From an uncultured Rikenellaceae bacterium (lineage in GTDB: Bacteria > Bacteroidota > Bacteroidia > Bacteroidales > VadinHA17), in NCBI GenBank assembly GCA_964613785.1, contig CAZTJT010000010.1:33567-97566 (forward strand): DNA of 64,000 nt, given 5' to 3'. Positions within the stretch are counted from its first letter, which is position 1. Every line of letters begins with the position of its first letter. Shown here one piece after another: positions 38,689-47,800 of this stretch. The notes beneath the pieces were generated by a model that had not been told where the DNA came from, did not search any database, and worked only from the letters and a program-made list of their open reading frames with translations. The position numbers were made by a program, and so were the translations under genes.

Positions 38689-40137
38689 TCACAGGTTCTT
38701 TATTTCGTTGACTAGGTTTTGAAGGGTTTTCTTTGCGTCGCCGAAAAGCATCCTGGTCTTTTCATTGAAAAAAAGCATATTTTCAATTGCTGCATAACCT
38801 TTTCCCATCCCACGTTTCATAACTATTATATTTTTCGCATCCCGGGCTTTGACTATTGGCATTCCAAAAATAGGACTGGAAGGATCATCTTCAGCAGCGG
38901 GATTTACAACATCGTTGGCGCCTACCACTATCAGAACATCAGTATTGGGAAGGTCAGGATTAATCTCGTCGCTTTCAATAAGCTGTTCGTATGGAACATC
39001 AGCTTCTGCAAGCAATACATTCATATGACCGGGCATTCTTCCTGCAACTGGGTGGATTGCATATCTGACCTCAACACCTTTCTCATCAAGTAGTTTATCA
39101 AGCTCATGGCATATATGCTGTGCTTGTGCAACAGCCAGTCCGTAACCCGGAACAATAACCACCTTTTTTGAATAAGTCAGAAGAACTGCGGCATCAGAAA
39201 TTGAAATCTCCTTTACCATGCCTCCATCTGCAATAGATGAATTCCCTCCTCCCCCAAAGACTCCGATTATAACGTTCATTAGCGACCTGTTCATAGCTTT
39301 GCACATAAGAACAGTAAGAATAGTACCGGCTGAACCCACCAGAATACCTCCGGTTAGCATAGCCTGATTATTGTACAGGAATCCTCCCATTGCTGCCGCT
39401 ACTCCTGTAAATGAGTTAAGAAGAGATATCACAACAGGCATGTCGGCCCCGCCAATAGGCATCACAAACAGGACGCCATAGATCACAGCAATACCAAATA
39501 AAAGATATACATAGGGTAAAAGTTCCTTGCTTGTATCTACATCACGAGTCATAATAAAGACAACCAATCCCAGAAGAAGAATGAGAATTGTAAGATTAAC
39601 ATACTTCATCGCCTTAATTCTCAAATCGCCGATCCAGCCGTCGAGCTTTCCGAAGGCAATCATGCTTCCTGCCCATGAGACTGTCCCGATTAGCAATCCC
39701 AGCAAAATTGAAAGCACATGTCCATTGGCCATCCCGGTCCGTTGAATAAGACCGGCAGAGATGTGAGGGAATTCCATCATTGAAATAAGTGCAGCAGCAG
39801 CACCTCCCATACCATTAAAAAATGAAACAAGCTGAGGCATGGCTGTCATCTTTACGCGTTTTGCAATGACCCACCCAATGGCAGTCCCAACTGCAACAGC
39901 CAGCATAATAAGTGGAATATTTCTTATAGGCTCGCCATCTTTCCTGTGTAGGATTATTGTAGCTGCTATTGCCAGTGTCATGCCAATTGCTGCCATAATA
40001 TTTCCCCTTCTGGCGCTAAGAGGATGGCTTAGCATCTTCAAACCTATTACAAATAATATTGATGCAATGATATATGTAAATTCAAGGATCGATATTCCAA
40101 TATGTAACCCGGCTGAGTCGCTTATCATCATTACCAT
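38689..40137 (-). CDS. pntB: NAD(P) transhydrogenase subunit beta
   Basis: 482 aa. Multi-TM N-terminal half and a C-terminal NADP(H)-binding dIII domain (VVIVPGYGLAVAQAQH..IHPVAGRMPGHMNVLLAEA). Confidence 0.95.
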   Translation of the reverse strand: MVMMISDSAGLHIGISILEFTYIIASILFVIGLKMLSHPLSARRGNIMAAIGMTLAIAATIILHRKDGEPIRNIPLIMLAVAVGTAIGWVIAKRVKMTAMPQLVSFFNGMGGAAAALISMMEFPHISAGLIQRTGMANGHVLSILLGLLIGTVSWAGSMIAFGKLDGWIGDLRIKAMKYVNLTILILLLGLVVFIMTRDVDTSKELLPYVYLLFGIAVIYGVLFVMPIGGADMPVVISLLNSFTGVAAAMGGFLYNNQAMLTGGILVGSAGTILTVLMCKAMNRSLMNVIIGVFGGGGNSSIADGGMVKEISISDAAVLLTYSKKVVIVPGYGLAVAQAQHICHELDKLLDEKGVEVRYAIHPVAGRMPGHMNVLLAEADVPYEQLIESDEINPDLPNTDVLIVVGANDVVNPAAEDDPSSPIFGMPIVKARDAKNIIVMKRGMGKGYAAIENMLFFNEKTRMLFGDAKKTLQNLVNEIKNL

Positions 40138-40160
40138 GTTAAAAATTAATCATGCAACAT

Positions 40161-40463
40161 TTATTTCTTCTTCCTGAACATCTCAAGCATCCTGTCAGTT
40201 ACAACAAACCCCCCGACCACATTAAGGGTTCCCAGAACAACTGCAAGAAATCCAAGAATAAGTGATCCGGTTGTTTCAGCATGTCCAAGTACAATAATTG
40301 CTCCTATTATCACAACTCCGTGTATCGCGTTTGCTCCAGACATTAGAGGGGTGTGAAGTATTGCCGGCACATTGCTTATTACTTCAATACCAAGAAATAT
40401 TGAAAGGACCACTATAAACACAGCTTCCCTGTGCTGCAGGAAAAATTCGGATAACTGCTCCAT
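40161..40463 (-). CDS. pntA: NAD(P) transhydrogenase subunit alpha part 2 (membrane)
   Basis: 100-aa three-helix membrane protein (TPLMSGANAIHGVVIIGA) located between alpha-1 and beta. Confidence 0.9.
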   Translation of the reverse strand: MEQLSEFFLQHREAVFIVVLSIFLGIEVISNVPAILHTPLMSGANAIHGVVIIGAIIVLGHAETTGSLILGFLAVVLGTLNVVGGFVVTDRMLEMFRKKK

Positions 40464-40470
40464 AATCAGG

Positions 40471-41601
40471 TTATTTAATATTCAATATCTGACGCAGCAC
40501 CGGGCTTACATACTCATAGTTGTGAACGGCGCACGTCTGGTGGATAATTTCATCATTAAAGTCAGGATCAAACTTACCTTCTCCTGTAATCATTATTTTT
40601 AAAAGATTTATGATATTGGATCCAAACATTTTACTTGCGTCGGATGGTAATTCTGAGGGAAAATCAGATTTTCCGACAATTTTAACACCATTAACCGTTA
40701 TTGTCTTATTGTTTTCAGTAAGCTCGCAGTTTCCTCCCGAAGAAGCTGCAAGATCAATAATTACCGAACCGTGTTTCATGGATCTGACAGTATCTCCCGA
40801 AATTAGAATAGGAGCTTTTTTCCCAGGAATCTGAGCTGTAGCTATAATTACATCAGCTGCAACAGCTCTTTGCTGAATTAGTTCCTGTTGTTTACGCTTA
40901 TACTCATCTGTCTGTTCAATTGCATATCCTCCGGCTGAAGAATCTTCTTTTGAGCCTTCAACCTCAATAAATTTGCCACCCAGGCTCTTTACTTCATCTT
41001 TTACCGCTTTCCTTACGTCAAAGACTTCCACTACAGCTCCAAGCTTCCTGGCAATTGCAACTGCCTGCAAACCTGCAACACCTGCACCCAGAATCAACAC
41101 CCTTGCCGGTTTGATAGTCCCTGCAGCCGACATGAACATCGGAAAAAACTTTGGGAGAAGAGATGCTGCTTCAATAACAGCCTTGTATCCTGCAACAGTT
41201 GCCATGGATGAAAGTATATCCATCGATTGAGCCCTCGTTATTCTGGGAACAAGGTCAAGTGCAAAAACCGTTAAACCTTTGAGCCTTGCCTTTTCAAACC
41301 ATTCTCTGTTCACAGCAGGATTGACAGAAGAGCAGATTACCTGGCCTTGCCTTAAGTTATCAATTTCTTTTTCCGGCACAGGATTAACCGACAATAGTAA
41401 ATCTGATCCTTTAATAATATCTGTTCTGTCGGTCACAGAGATGCCTGCTTCAGTATAGTCAGAATCAGAGACAAATGCTTTTTCACCTGCAAGTTTCTCT
41501 ACCCATACCACAGCACCCATTTTCTTAAGCAGAGCAGCTTCGCCGGGCAGCATTGCTACTCTTTTTTCGGTGCCAGTCTCCTTTAGTATGCCTGCAATCA
41601 T
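40471..41601 (-). CDS. pntA: NAD(P) transhydrogenase subunit alpha part 1 (dI, NAD(H)-binding)
   Basis: 376 aa. Alanine dehydrogenase/PNT fold with VLILGAGVAGLQA. Confidence 0.93.
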   Translation of the reverse strand: MIAGILKETGTEKRVAMLPGEAALLKKMGAVVWVEKLAGEKAFVSDSDYTEAGISVTDRTDIIKGSDLLLSVNPVPEKEIDNLRQGQVICSSVNPAVNREWFEKARLKGLTVFALDLVPRITRAQSMDILSSMATVAGYKAVIEAASLLPKFFPMFMSAAGTIKPARVLILGAGVAGLQAVAIARKLGAVVEVFDVRKAVKDEVKSLGGKFIEVEGSKEDSSAGGYAIEQTDEYKRKQQELIQQRAVAADVIIATAQIPGKKAPILISGDTVRSMKHGSVIIDLAASSGGNCELTENNKTITVNGVKIVGKSDFPSELPSDASKMFGSNIINLLKIMITGEGKFDPDFNDEIIHQTCAVHNYEYVSPVLRQILNIK

Positions 41602-41820
41602 TTCTAAATAACTGGTTTATTAACGGATCAAAAAAGGAATTTCCAGGATCAGGGTTATTCTACTCATTATTGAAGCAATATAATGAACAAATAATTATCA
41701 GCAAATACAAAGCAAGGTATTTTTATGCAGTAATCAGTAAAATGAAAAACGATAGAAGAAAAAACTGTTCAGTAAAAGTTAAAAACAATCTGATTTTTTC
41801 ATATGGCACAACTGCAATAT

Positions 41821-44001
41821 TCAATTTTCATTGTAACCGCCGAAAAAATTCTTAAGCCAAAAATTGTGTGCTTCGTTTAGAGAATGTACAGCTTTTTTAC
41901 CTCCCCAGCCGTGCCTTCCATTTGGATAAAGCATGAACTGAAAAATTTTTCCTTCATCCTGAAGTTTAGAAATCAGATATATGGAATTCTGCATATGAAC
42001 ATTATCGTCCATGTCGCCATGGTTAAGATAAAGCATTCCTTTATAATTCCCTGCCCATTCCACTGCTGAACCATCTTTATAGCCTTCGGGATTTTCCTGA
42101 GGTGTGTCCATATACCTTTCCGTGTATATATTGTCATACAGCCGATAGTCAGTAACAGAGGAACCTGCAAATCCATGAGTCCAGTAACCGGCTCCCTTTG
42201 TAAGCGCCAGACAGGTCAAATATCCGCCGTAAGAACTGCCTGTGATGCCCATTCTGGAACCATCTGTAAAAGGTTTCTCCAAAAGCCATTTCACTGCATC
42301 CTCATAGTCTAAAATCTCCCACTTTCCGAGAGAACGGTACAAATAATCAAGACCCCTCCTGCCAAAATGACCAGATCCGCGATGGTCAACAGTAAAGGTT
42401 ATTATGCCATTCTGTGAGTACCAGGATGGGCTATTCCCCATCCAACGGTTGCCTGTAACATTTTTTGAATTTGGCCCTCCGTATATTGTGAACACCACCG
42501 GATATTTCTTGTTCTCGTCAAAATTCAAAGGGAAGGTTAGTATTGCAGGCATATCAAACAGACCATCTGACGTCTTGATTCTCACCATCTCTGACCTGGA
42601 ATTAACAGACGGATCAAATTCGGGATTGTCAAACCTGTGTATCTCCCGTACCATTCGCCCACGCCTGTCGTAGGCAATTATGGCACCCGGATCCGACAAA
42701 TTGTTCCAGGTATCAATGAAATAGCTGCCTCCGGGTGAAACACTTACCTCATGGGTTCCTTCACCTTTTGATATCTGAAGAAGGTTTTTCCCGTCAAAAC
42801 CCACTCTGAAAAAGTGATTATCAGTTGATTCCGGTCCGGTTCCATAGAAATAAACCAGTCTTGCAGCTTCATCAACCCGCTCAATTCTGTTTACCCTCCA
42901 GTTGAAATCCGTAATCTGTGATATCAGCCTTCCATCCCATGAATAATAATACAGATTTTCCCAATCTGTCATATAGCTTCTAAGAATAAATCCTGTCCCG
43001 TTTTTCATCACATATACATCTTCAAAGAACTCCACCCAGGTTTTTCTTGATTCACTGTAAATTTCCCTGTAATTACCTGTCAAAGGATCTGCGAGAATGA
43101 TTTTGATCTCATTCTGATCCCTGTTAACTATCTGTACGGCGAGATTCTTACTGTCGGGAGACCAGAACGGCCATGCTATGTACTGGTCGATGTTGTTATC
43201 AGTCTTAACCCAGGTAGTCTTACCGGTTGAAAGATCTGCAATACCCATTTTGACACGGGGATTGGGATCGCCTGCTTTCGGATATGGCACCTGCTCAAGG
43301 ATTCCGTGTATACCATCAGGCTCATCAAGACGATTCAGGGTGAATACAGGCACTTCTGTTTCATCAGTCCGGAGATATGCGATCCTGCTTCCGTCGGGAG
43401 AAAACCAAAAGGCTGCATATTTGCTCTGTCTCCCCAGTATCTCCTCCATGTAAACCCAGGAGGAATAACCATTATATATTCTATCAGAAGCATCTGATGT
43501 GAGCCTTATTTCTTTATTGTTCTCAAGATCATAAACAAAAAGATCCTTGTTCCTGGTATAGGCAATTTTCTTCCCGTCATCCGAGAAACGTGGATTTACT
43601 TCTGGCAAATCGTCATTTGTCAGCTGACGGAGTTCCGTATTGCCGATTTCGAAATAAAACAGGTCGTTATCCTTTATTAATACAGCCCTTTTTCCGTCTG
43701 AACTTATTGGGTCATCATAACCAAGAGATATCCCGTCAGGCAATAGCCCGGAAAGAACCTCCCGTAATGTCTTTTCAGGTGTCACAACAACACTTTTCCC
43801 TGTTCTGATATCCACATTTTTCAACACAGGATTCCGATTTTCATCATATGTCTGAATAAGATAATGGGAGTCATCTCTCCATCCTGTTACCCTGACCTGA
43901 TTCAGGTTACGGGGATGCATCTGGCCTGCTGCCGATGAACCGGATAAAAGAAACAAAAACAGAATAATTTCTGAGAGCCATGAGGTGAGAATTTCTTTCA
44001 T
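41821..44001 (-). CDS. Dipeptidyl-peptidase IV (S9B serine peptidase)
   Basis: 726 aa. Signal peptide, a DPP-IV N-terminal beta-propeller region, and the catalytic GSSYGGY nucleophile elbow with downstream D and H residues (GDMDDNVH, GRHGW). Confidence 0.9.
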   Translation of the reverse strand: MKEILTSWLSEIILFLFLLSGSSAAGQMHPRNLNQVRVTGWRDDSHYLIQTYDENRNPVLKNVDIRTGKSVVVTPEKTLREVLSGLLPDGISLGYDDPISSDGKRAVLIKDNDLFYFEIGNTELRQLTNDDLPEVNPRFSDDGKKIAYTRNKDLFVYDLENNKEIRLTSDASDRIYNGYSSWVYMEEILGRQSKYAAFWFSPDGSRIAYLRTDETEVPVFTLNRLDEPDGIHGILEQVPYPKAGDPNPRVKMGIADLSTGKTTWVKTDNNIDQYIAWPFWSPDSKNLAVQIVNRDQNEIKIILADPLTGNYREIYSESRKTWVEFFEDVYVMKNGTGFILRSYMTDWENLYYYSWDGRLISQITDFNWRVNRIERVDEAARLVYFYGTGPESTDNHFFRVGFDGKNLLQISKGEGTHEVSVSPGGSYFIDTWNNLSDPGAIIAYDRRGRMVREIHRFDNPEFDPSVNSRSEMVRIKTSDGLFDMPAILTFPLNFDENKKYPVVFTIYGGPNSKNVTGNRWMGNSPSWYSQNGIITFTVDHRGSGHFGRRGLDYLYRSLGKWEILDYEDAVKWLLEKPFTDGSRMGITGSSYGGYLTCLALTKGAGYWTHGFAGSSVTDYRLYDNIYTERYMDTPQENPEGYKDGSAVEWAGNYKGMLYLNHGDMDDNVHMQNSIYLISKLQDEGKIFQFMLYPNGRHGWGGKKAVHSLNEAHNFWLKNFFGGYNEN

Positions 44002-44098
44002 GCCTGCTGAGTTTAAATTGAATAATAACTGAAAGGCAAAAATAACTCTTTTGAGATACCGAATAATAGATTAACCATTGATAGTGGAAATCGGGGCA

Positions 44099-44106
44099 TA
44101 AATTTG
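44099..44106 (+). promoter_or_regulatory. Candidate -7 promoter box (TAAATTTG) for the M14 carboxypeptidase gene
   Basis: Exact TAnnTTTG match 61 nt upstream of the ATG at 44167. The tracked TTG start (44104) lies inside this box, which argues for the ATG at 44167. Confidence 0.3.
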
Positions 44107-44166
44107 ATTTTCCTCTGTACTATATATATATTATCTTTGGCCGTTATCAACAGAATCTTTATTTTG

Positions 44167-46689
44167 ATGAATAAAATTGTTTTTATTTTTTTAATCAGCT
44201 TCCCTGTTTTAATTAAAGTTTATAGTCAACCCGTTAAATCGCCCGACGAATTCCTTGGATATGAACTAGGGGACCAGTTCACTTTCCACCACCGGGCTGT
44301 TGAGTATTTCAGATACGTCGCAGATAAATCGGAAAGTGCAGAATATATTGAGTATGGCAAATCTTATGAAGGAAGGCCGCTTGGTGTGTGCGTTGTATCG
44401 GAAGAGGACAATTTGAAAAAGTTAGAGGAACTCAGAAATAATAATCTAATCCTTTCCAGACTGATCGCTGGTGATTTAACCGGAAGGCAGCTCCCCATTG
44501 TATGGCTTGCATACAATGTTCATGGAAATGAATCAGCAGGGATGGAAGCTGCTATGAAAACACTTTACACACTCGTTACACGCTCTTATCCCGGCACAGA
44601 CCTGTGGCTTAAATCATGCATAATAATAATTGACCCCTGCCAGAATCCTGACGGACGCGATCTTTATACATACAGGTACAGGAATTCTCAGAATCTTAAT
44701 CCCAATTCTGATGATAATTCCTGGGAACACCATCAGGGCTGGCCCGGAGCACGAACCAACCACTATTTCTTTGACCTGAACCGCGACTGGACCTGGCAAA
44801 CCCAGGTTGAAACAGTAAATAGAATAGACCTTTATCAGAAATTCATGCCGCATGTTTATGCTGATTTTCATGAAATGGGAGCTGAATCAACATTTTTCTT
44901 CGGACCTGGAGCAGAACCATGGCACGAAGTAATAACACCCTGGCAACATGAGTTTCATGTGATCATGGGACGGGGAAATGCAGCAATGTTTGATGAGAAA
45001 TTAAAACTCTATTTCACTAAGGAGACTTTCGACCTTTTCTGTCCAAGTTTTGGCGATACCTGGCCCCTTTTTAACGGTGCCGCAGGTTTTACTTTCGAAC
45101 AGGGCGGTGGCGGATTTGCAGGACTGGCATTGAAACAATCATCCGGAGATACGCTCACTCTTAAAAAAAGGATCGATGGACATTTCACAGCATCGATGGC
45201 TACTCTGAAAGTATCATTTGAAAACAGGGAAAAGCTGATATCTGAATTCAACAGTTTCTTCAGGGAGAATGCGGATAATCCTCGATTTAAATACAAATCA
45301 ATAATAATAAAGGGATCAAATGATAAAAGCAGCCTGAGTGACCTGCTTCAACTTCTTCAAAGGAACCAGATATGCTATACCCTGGCGGGAAATACCGGGA
45401 AGAAATACAAAGGATTCGATTATTCTGCAAATGCTGAAGGAGAAACAACCATTGAAAAGGGCGATATTCTTGTAAGTGCTTACCAGCCACAGTCAAGGTT
45501 AGTTGAGGTTCTTTTTGAGCCCGACAGCAGGGTCACCGATTCGCTGAGTTATGATCTCACAGCATGGGCTCTGCCATACGCTTATAACATCAAAGCATTT
45601 GCCTTGCCAGAAAAGATAATACCAGCTGGTAAAGTACCTGAAAACTCCATTTCCGGAAATAAACCTTTAGACTACAAACCCTATGCCTACCTGGTGAACT
45701 TCACAGGCTTTAACGAAATGAAGTTTATTACTGACCTTCAGAAGAAAAATATTAAAGTAAGATATTGTATCAAACCGTTTACATTTTTCGGAACAAACTT
45801 TACCAGAGGAAGTTACATAATAGCAGCTGCTGACAACCGTTATTTCTCCGGCAATTTCGATGCAACTGTTGCCGAGGCTGCCGACAGGTTCCATGTAGAG
45901 TTGAAACCGGTTACAACCGGGCTTGCCGATAAGGGAAAAGACCTTGGATCAGACTACTCTACACTTATGAAGAAAAAGAAATTAGCCCTGCTTTGCGGAG
46001 AAGGAACCTCAGCAGGAGCTGTTGGTGAATTATGGTATTACTTCGAGAGGGAACTTGATTATCCTGTTTCACTGATCAATACATCAAATGTTGACCAGAT
46101 AGGCCTTAGTGAATATGATGTAATTATCCTTGCTAACGGAAATTACTCTAAACTGAATGATACTATCATCGATTATGTAAAAAGAGGAGGAAGAGTAATT
46201 GCACTTGAAAATGCCATATCTATCTTTTCGTCTGAAAAATCCACATCACTTCATAAAGCTGTCGAAACCAGGAACGAGGAGAAAAAAACAACAGAAAGTA
46301 AGGAAAAAATTGATGACAATTCGCTATTGAGAAGATATGAGGACGAAAGGCGACATCTGCTTTCAGAGAGATCGGCAGGAAGCATATACCGGGTAAAGAT
46401 AGACAGCAGCCACCCTTACGCCTTCGGACTGGGTAACGAATGGTTCGTCATGAAAAAAAACTCAGCCTATCCATTCCTGGATAAAGGCAGCAACATAGGA
46501 TATATATTGGAAAGCGATCCCGTAGCCGGATTTGCAGGCTATAAATTCAGAAAACAAGTTAAAAACACCCTTGTTATCGGCTCTGAGTATTTAGGCAAGG
46601 GAGAAGTGATCTACATCACCGAGGATCCCTACTTCAGGGCATTCTGGAAAAGCGGAAGAATACTCCTCTGGAATGTCATTTTCAGGTAA
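44167..46689 (+). CDS. Secreted M14-family zinc carboxypeptidase, large multidomain form
   Basis: The ATG at 44167 gives signal peptide MNKIVFIFLISFPVLIKVYSQ. Zinc-binding HGNES (HxxE) and a later ADFHEMG segment fit the M14 fold. Confidence 0.85.
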   Translation: MNKIVFIFLISFPVLIKVYSQPVKSPDEFLGYELGDQFTFHHRAVEYFRYVADKSESAEYIEYGKSYEGRPLGVCVVSEEDNLKKLEELRNNNLILSRLIAGDLTGRQLPIVWLAYNVHGNESAGMEAAMKTLYTLVTRSYPGTDLWLKSCIIIIDPCQNPDGRDLYTYRYRNSQNLNPNSDDNSWEHHQGWPGARTNHYFFDLNRDWTWQTQVETVNRIDLYQKFMPHVYADFHEMGAESTFFFGPGAEPWHEVITPWQHEFHVIMGRGNAAMFDEKLKLYFTKETFDLFCPSFGDTWPLFNGAAGFTFEQGGGGFAGLALKQSSGDTLTLKKRIDGHFTASMATLKVSFENREKLISEFNSFFRENADNPRFKYKSIIIKGSNDKSSLSDLLQLLQRNQICYTLAGNTGKKYKGFDYSANAEGETTIEKGDILVSAYQPQSRLVEVLFEPDSRVTDSLSYDLTAWALPYAYNIKAFALPEKIIPAGKVPENSISGNKPLDYKPYAYLVNFTGFNEMKFITDLQKKNIKVRYCIKPFTFFGTNFTRGSYIIAAADNRYFSGNFDATVAEAADRFHVELKPVTTGLADKGKDLGSDYSTLMKKKKLALLCGEGTSAGAVGELWYYFERELDYPVSLINTSNVDQIGLSEYDVIILANGNYSKLNDTIIDYVKRGGRVIALENAISIFSSEKSTSLHKAVETRNEEKKTTESKEKIDDNSLLRRYEDERRHLLSERSAGSIYRVKIDSSHPYAFGLGNEWFVMKKNSAYPFLDKGSNIGYILESDPVAGFAGYKFRKQVKNTLVIGSEYLGKGEVIYITEDPYFRAFWKSGRILLWNVIFR

Positions 46690-46929
46690 TGGTAATAATT
46701 TGTTTATGAATAAATGAAAACAGACTCAACGATCCGACTTTTAACGAAATGACTGTTTAATACGGATTTTTCTAATATTTTAAACAATTCATTATTATAT
46801 CACAAAAATAATAGCCATCAAGGCTGATTTTACAGTCATTCCTTCCATTTTAATAACTTAAACAATAAACTTACATCCTTTTATTTTCCCACCATCTCAC
46901 AAATATTATTTATATTAATTATAAATTAT

Positions 46930-46963
46930 TGTTATTTTATTAACACTGTTATTTTATTCACAT
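46930..46963 (+). repeat. Tandem direct repeat TGTTATTTTATT (2 copies, 17-bp register) upstream of the hydrogenase-regulator operon
   Basis: TGTTATTTTATTaacac at 46930..46946 is followed directly by TGTTATTTTATTcacat at 46947..46963. The first 12 nt are identical. Confidence 0.5.
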
Positions 46964-46972
46964 TAAAAATAT

Positions 46973-46980
46973 TATATTTG
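46973..46980 (+). promoter_or_regulatory. Candidate -7 promoter box (TATATTTG) for the 47035.. operon
   Basis: Exact TAnnTTTG match 55 nt upstream of the first ATG of the cluster. No clean -33 TTTG at the canonical spacing. Confidence 0.3.
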
Positions 46981-47034
46981 CATGTTAAAAAACGATTAAG
47001 TAATTGATACCTCTGGCAATTTTACTATATAGTT

Positions 47035-47379
47035 ATGATAATCAGTGAGATAGCAAACAAGATAAACGGCCGGATAGTCTGTTGTGAGAACAAAGTGTCA
47101 GGTGAGGTGGAATATGCCTTTTCCTCGGATCTAATGAGCGATGTGTTAAAAGTAGAAAAGGAAAATGTTTTGCTGATTACAGGTCTGGCAAATCTTCAGG
47201 CAATAAGGACGTCCGAAATGTCTGACATAAATTGTATCGTTTTTGCACGGAACAAAAAAATTAACAGCGATATTATAAAACTCGCAAAAGAGAATGGGAT
47301 AATCCTAATAGAGAGTCCTTTCTCCGTTTTCCGGATCTCAGGAGAATTATACAAAGCAGGAATTAAGCCGCTCTTTTGA
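47035..47379 (+). CDS. DRTGG-domain-like protein (paralogue 1)
   Basis: 114 aa. The pattern SDLMSDVL...LLITGLANLQAIRTSE...IVFARN...ENGIILIESPFSVFRISGELY fits the small DRTGG-type proteins found next to [FeFe] hydrogenases. Confidence 0.75.
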   Translation: MIISEIANKINGRIVCCENKVSGEVEYAFSSDLMSDVLKVEKENVLLITGLANLQAIRTSEMSDINCIVFARNKKINSDIIKLAKENGIILIESPFSVFRISGELYKAGIKPLF

Positions 47380-47381
47380 AA

Positions 47382-47798
47382 ATGCAGTACAGGTATAAAA
47401 TAGCAGGTGGTGATTTTTCAAATGCCGGGTCAGTGGCAAGTTCTGTGAAAAAGACTTTACGTCAACTCAACATTGACCATTACATTTCAAAAAGGGTAGT
47501 TATAGCTCTGTATGAAGGAGAGGTGAATGTGGTAGCGCATGCCTTTTCAGGAATAATCGATGTTGATATTGATACTGAAAGAATAAAAATCGTGATAACA
47601 GATAAAGGCCCAGGGATACCTGATATTGCAAAAGCAATGGAGGAAGGTTATTCAACAGCCTCGCCCCAGGTCAGGGAAATGGGATTCGGGGCGGGAATGG
47701 GTCTTTCGAATATGAAAAAGAACAGCGATTCAATGCAGATTTACAGTGAGCCAGGGCAAGGAACCGTGGTTGAACTGACAACATATCTTAATAAATAA
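47382..47798 (+). CDS. RsbW/SpoIIAB-like anti-sigma-type Ser/Thr kinase (GHKL ATPase fold)
   Basis: About 138 aa from the ATG at 47382; the tracked start at 47376 is a TTG. N-box EGEVNVVAHA, G1 DKGPGIPD, G2 GFGAGMGLSNM. No HisKA/DHp domain. Confidence 0.8.
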   Translation: MQYRYKIAGGDFSNAGSVASSVKKTLRQLNIDHYISKRVVIALYEGEVNVVAHAFSGIIDVDIDTERIKIVITDKGPGIPDIAKAMEEGYSTASPQVREMGFGAGMGLSNMKKNSDSMQIYSEPGQGTVVELTTYLNK

Positions 47799-47800
47799 TA

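Noticed and set aside
44104-44166. Tracked TTG start of the M14 carboxypeptidase (adds 21 residues MIFLCTIYILSLAVINRIFIL)
   Set aside because: The TTG lies inside a TAnnTTTG promoter-like box. The ATG at 44167 gives a normal signal peptide.
47014-47030. TGGCAA sequence just upstream of the first hydrogenase-regulator gene as a possible sigma-54 (-24/-12) promoter
   Set aside because: GG-N10 lands on AT rather than GC, so there is no -12 element. The site is also only about 20 nt from the ATG, which would place the TSS inside the coding region.
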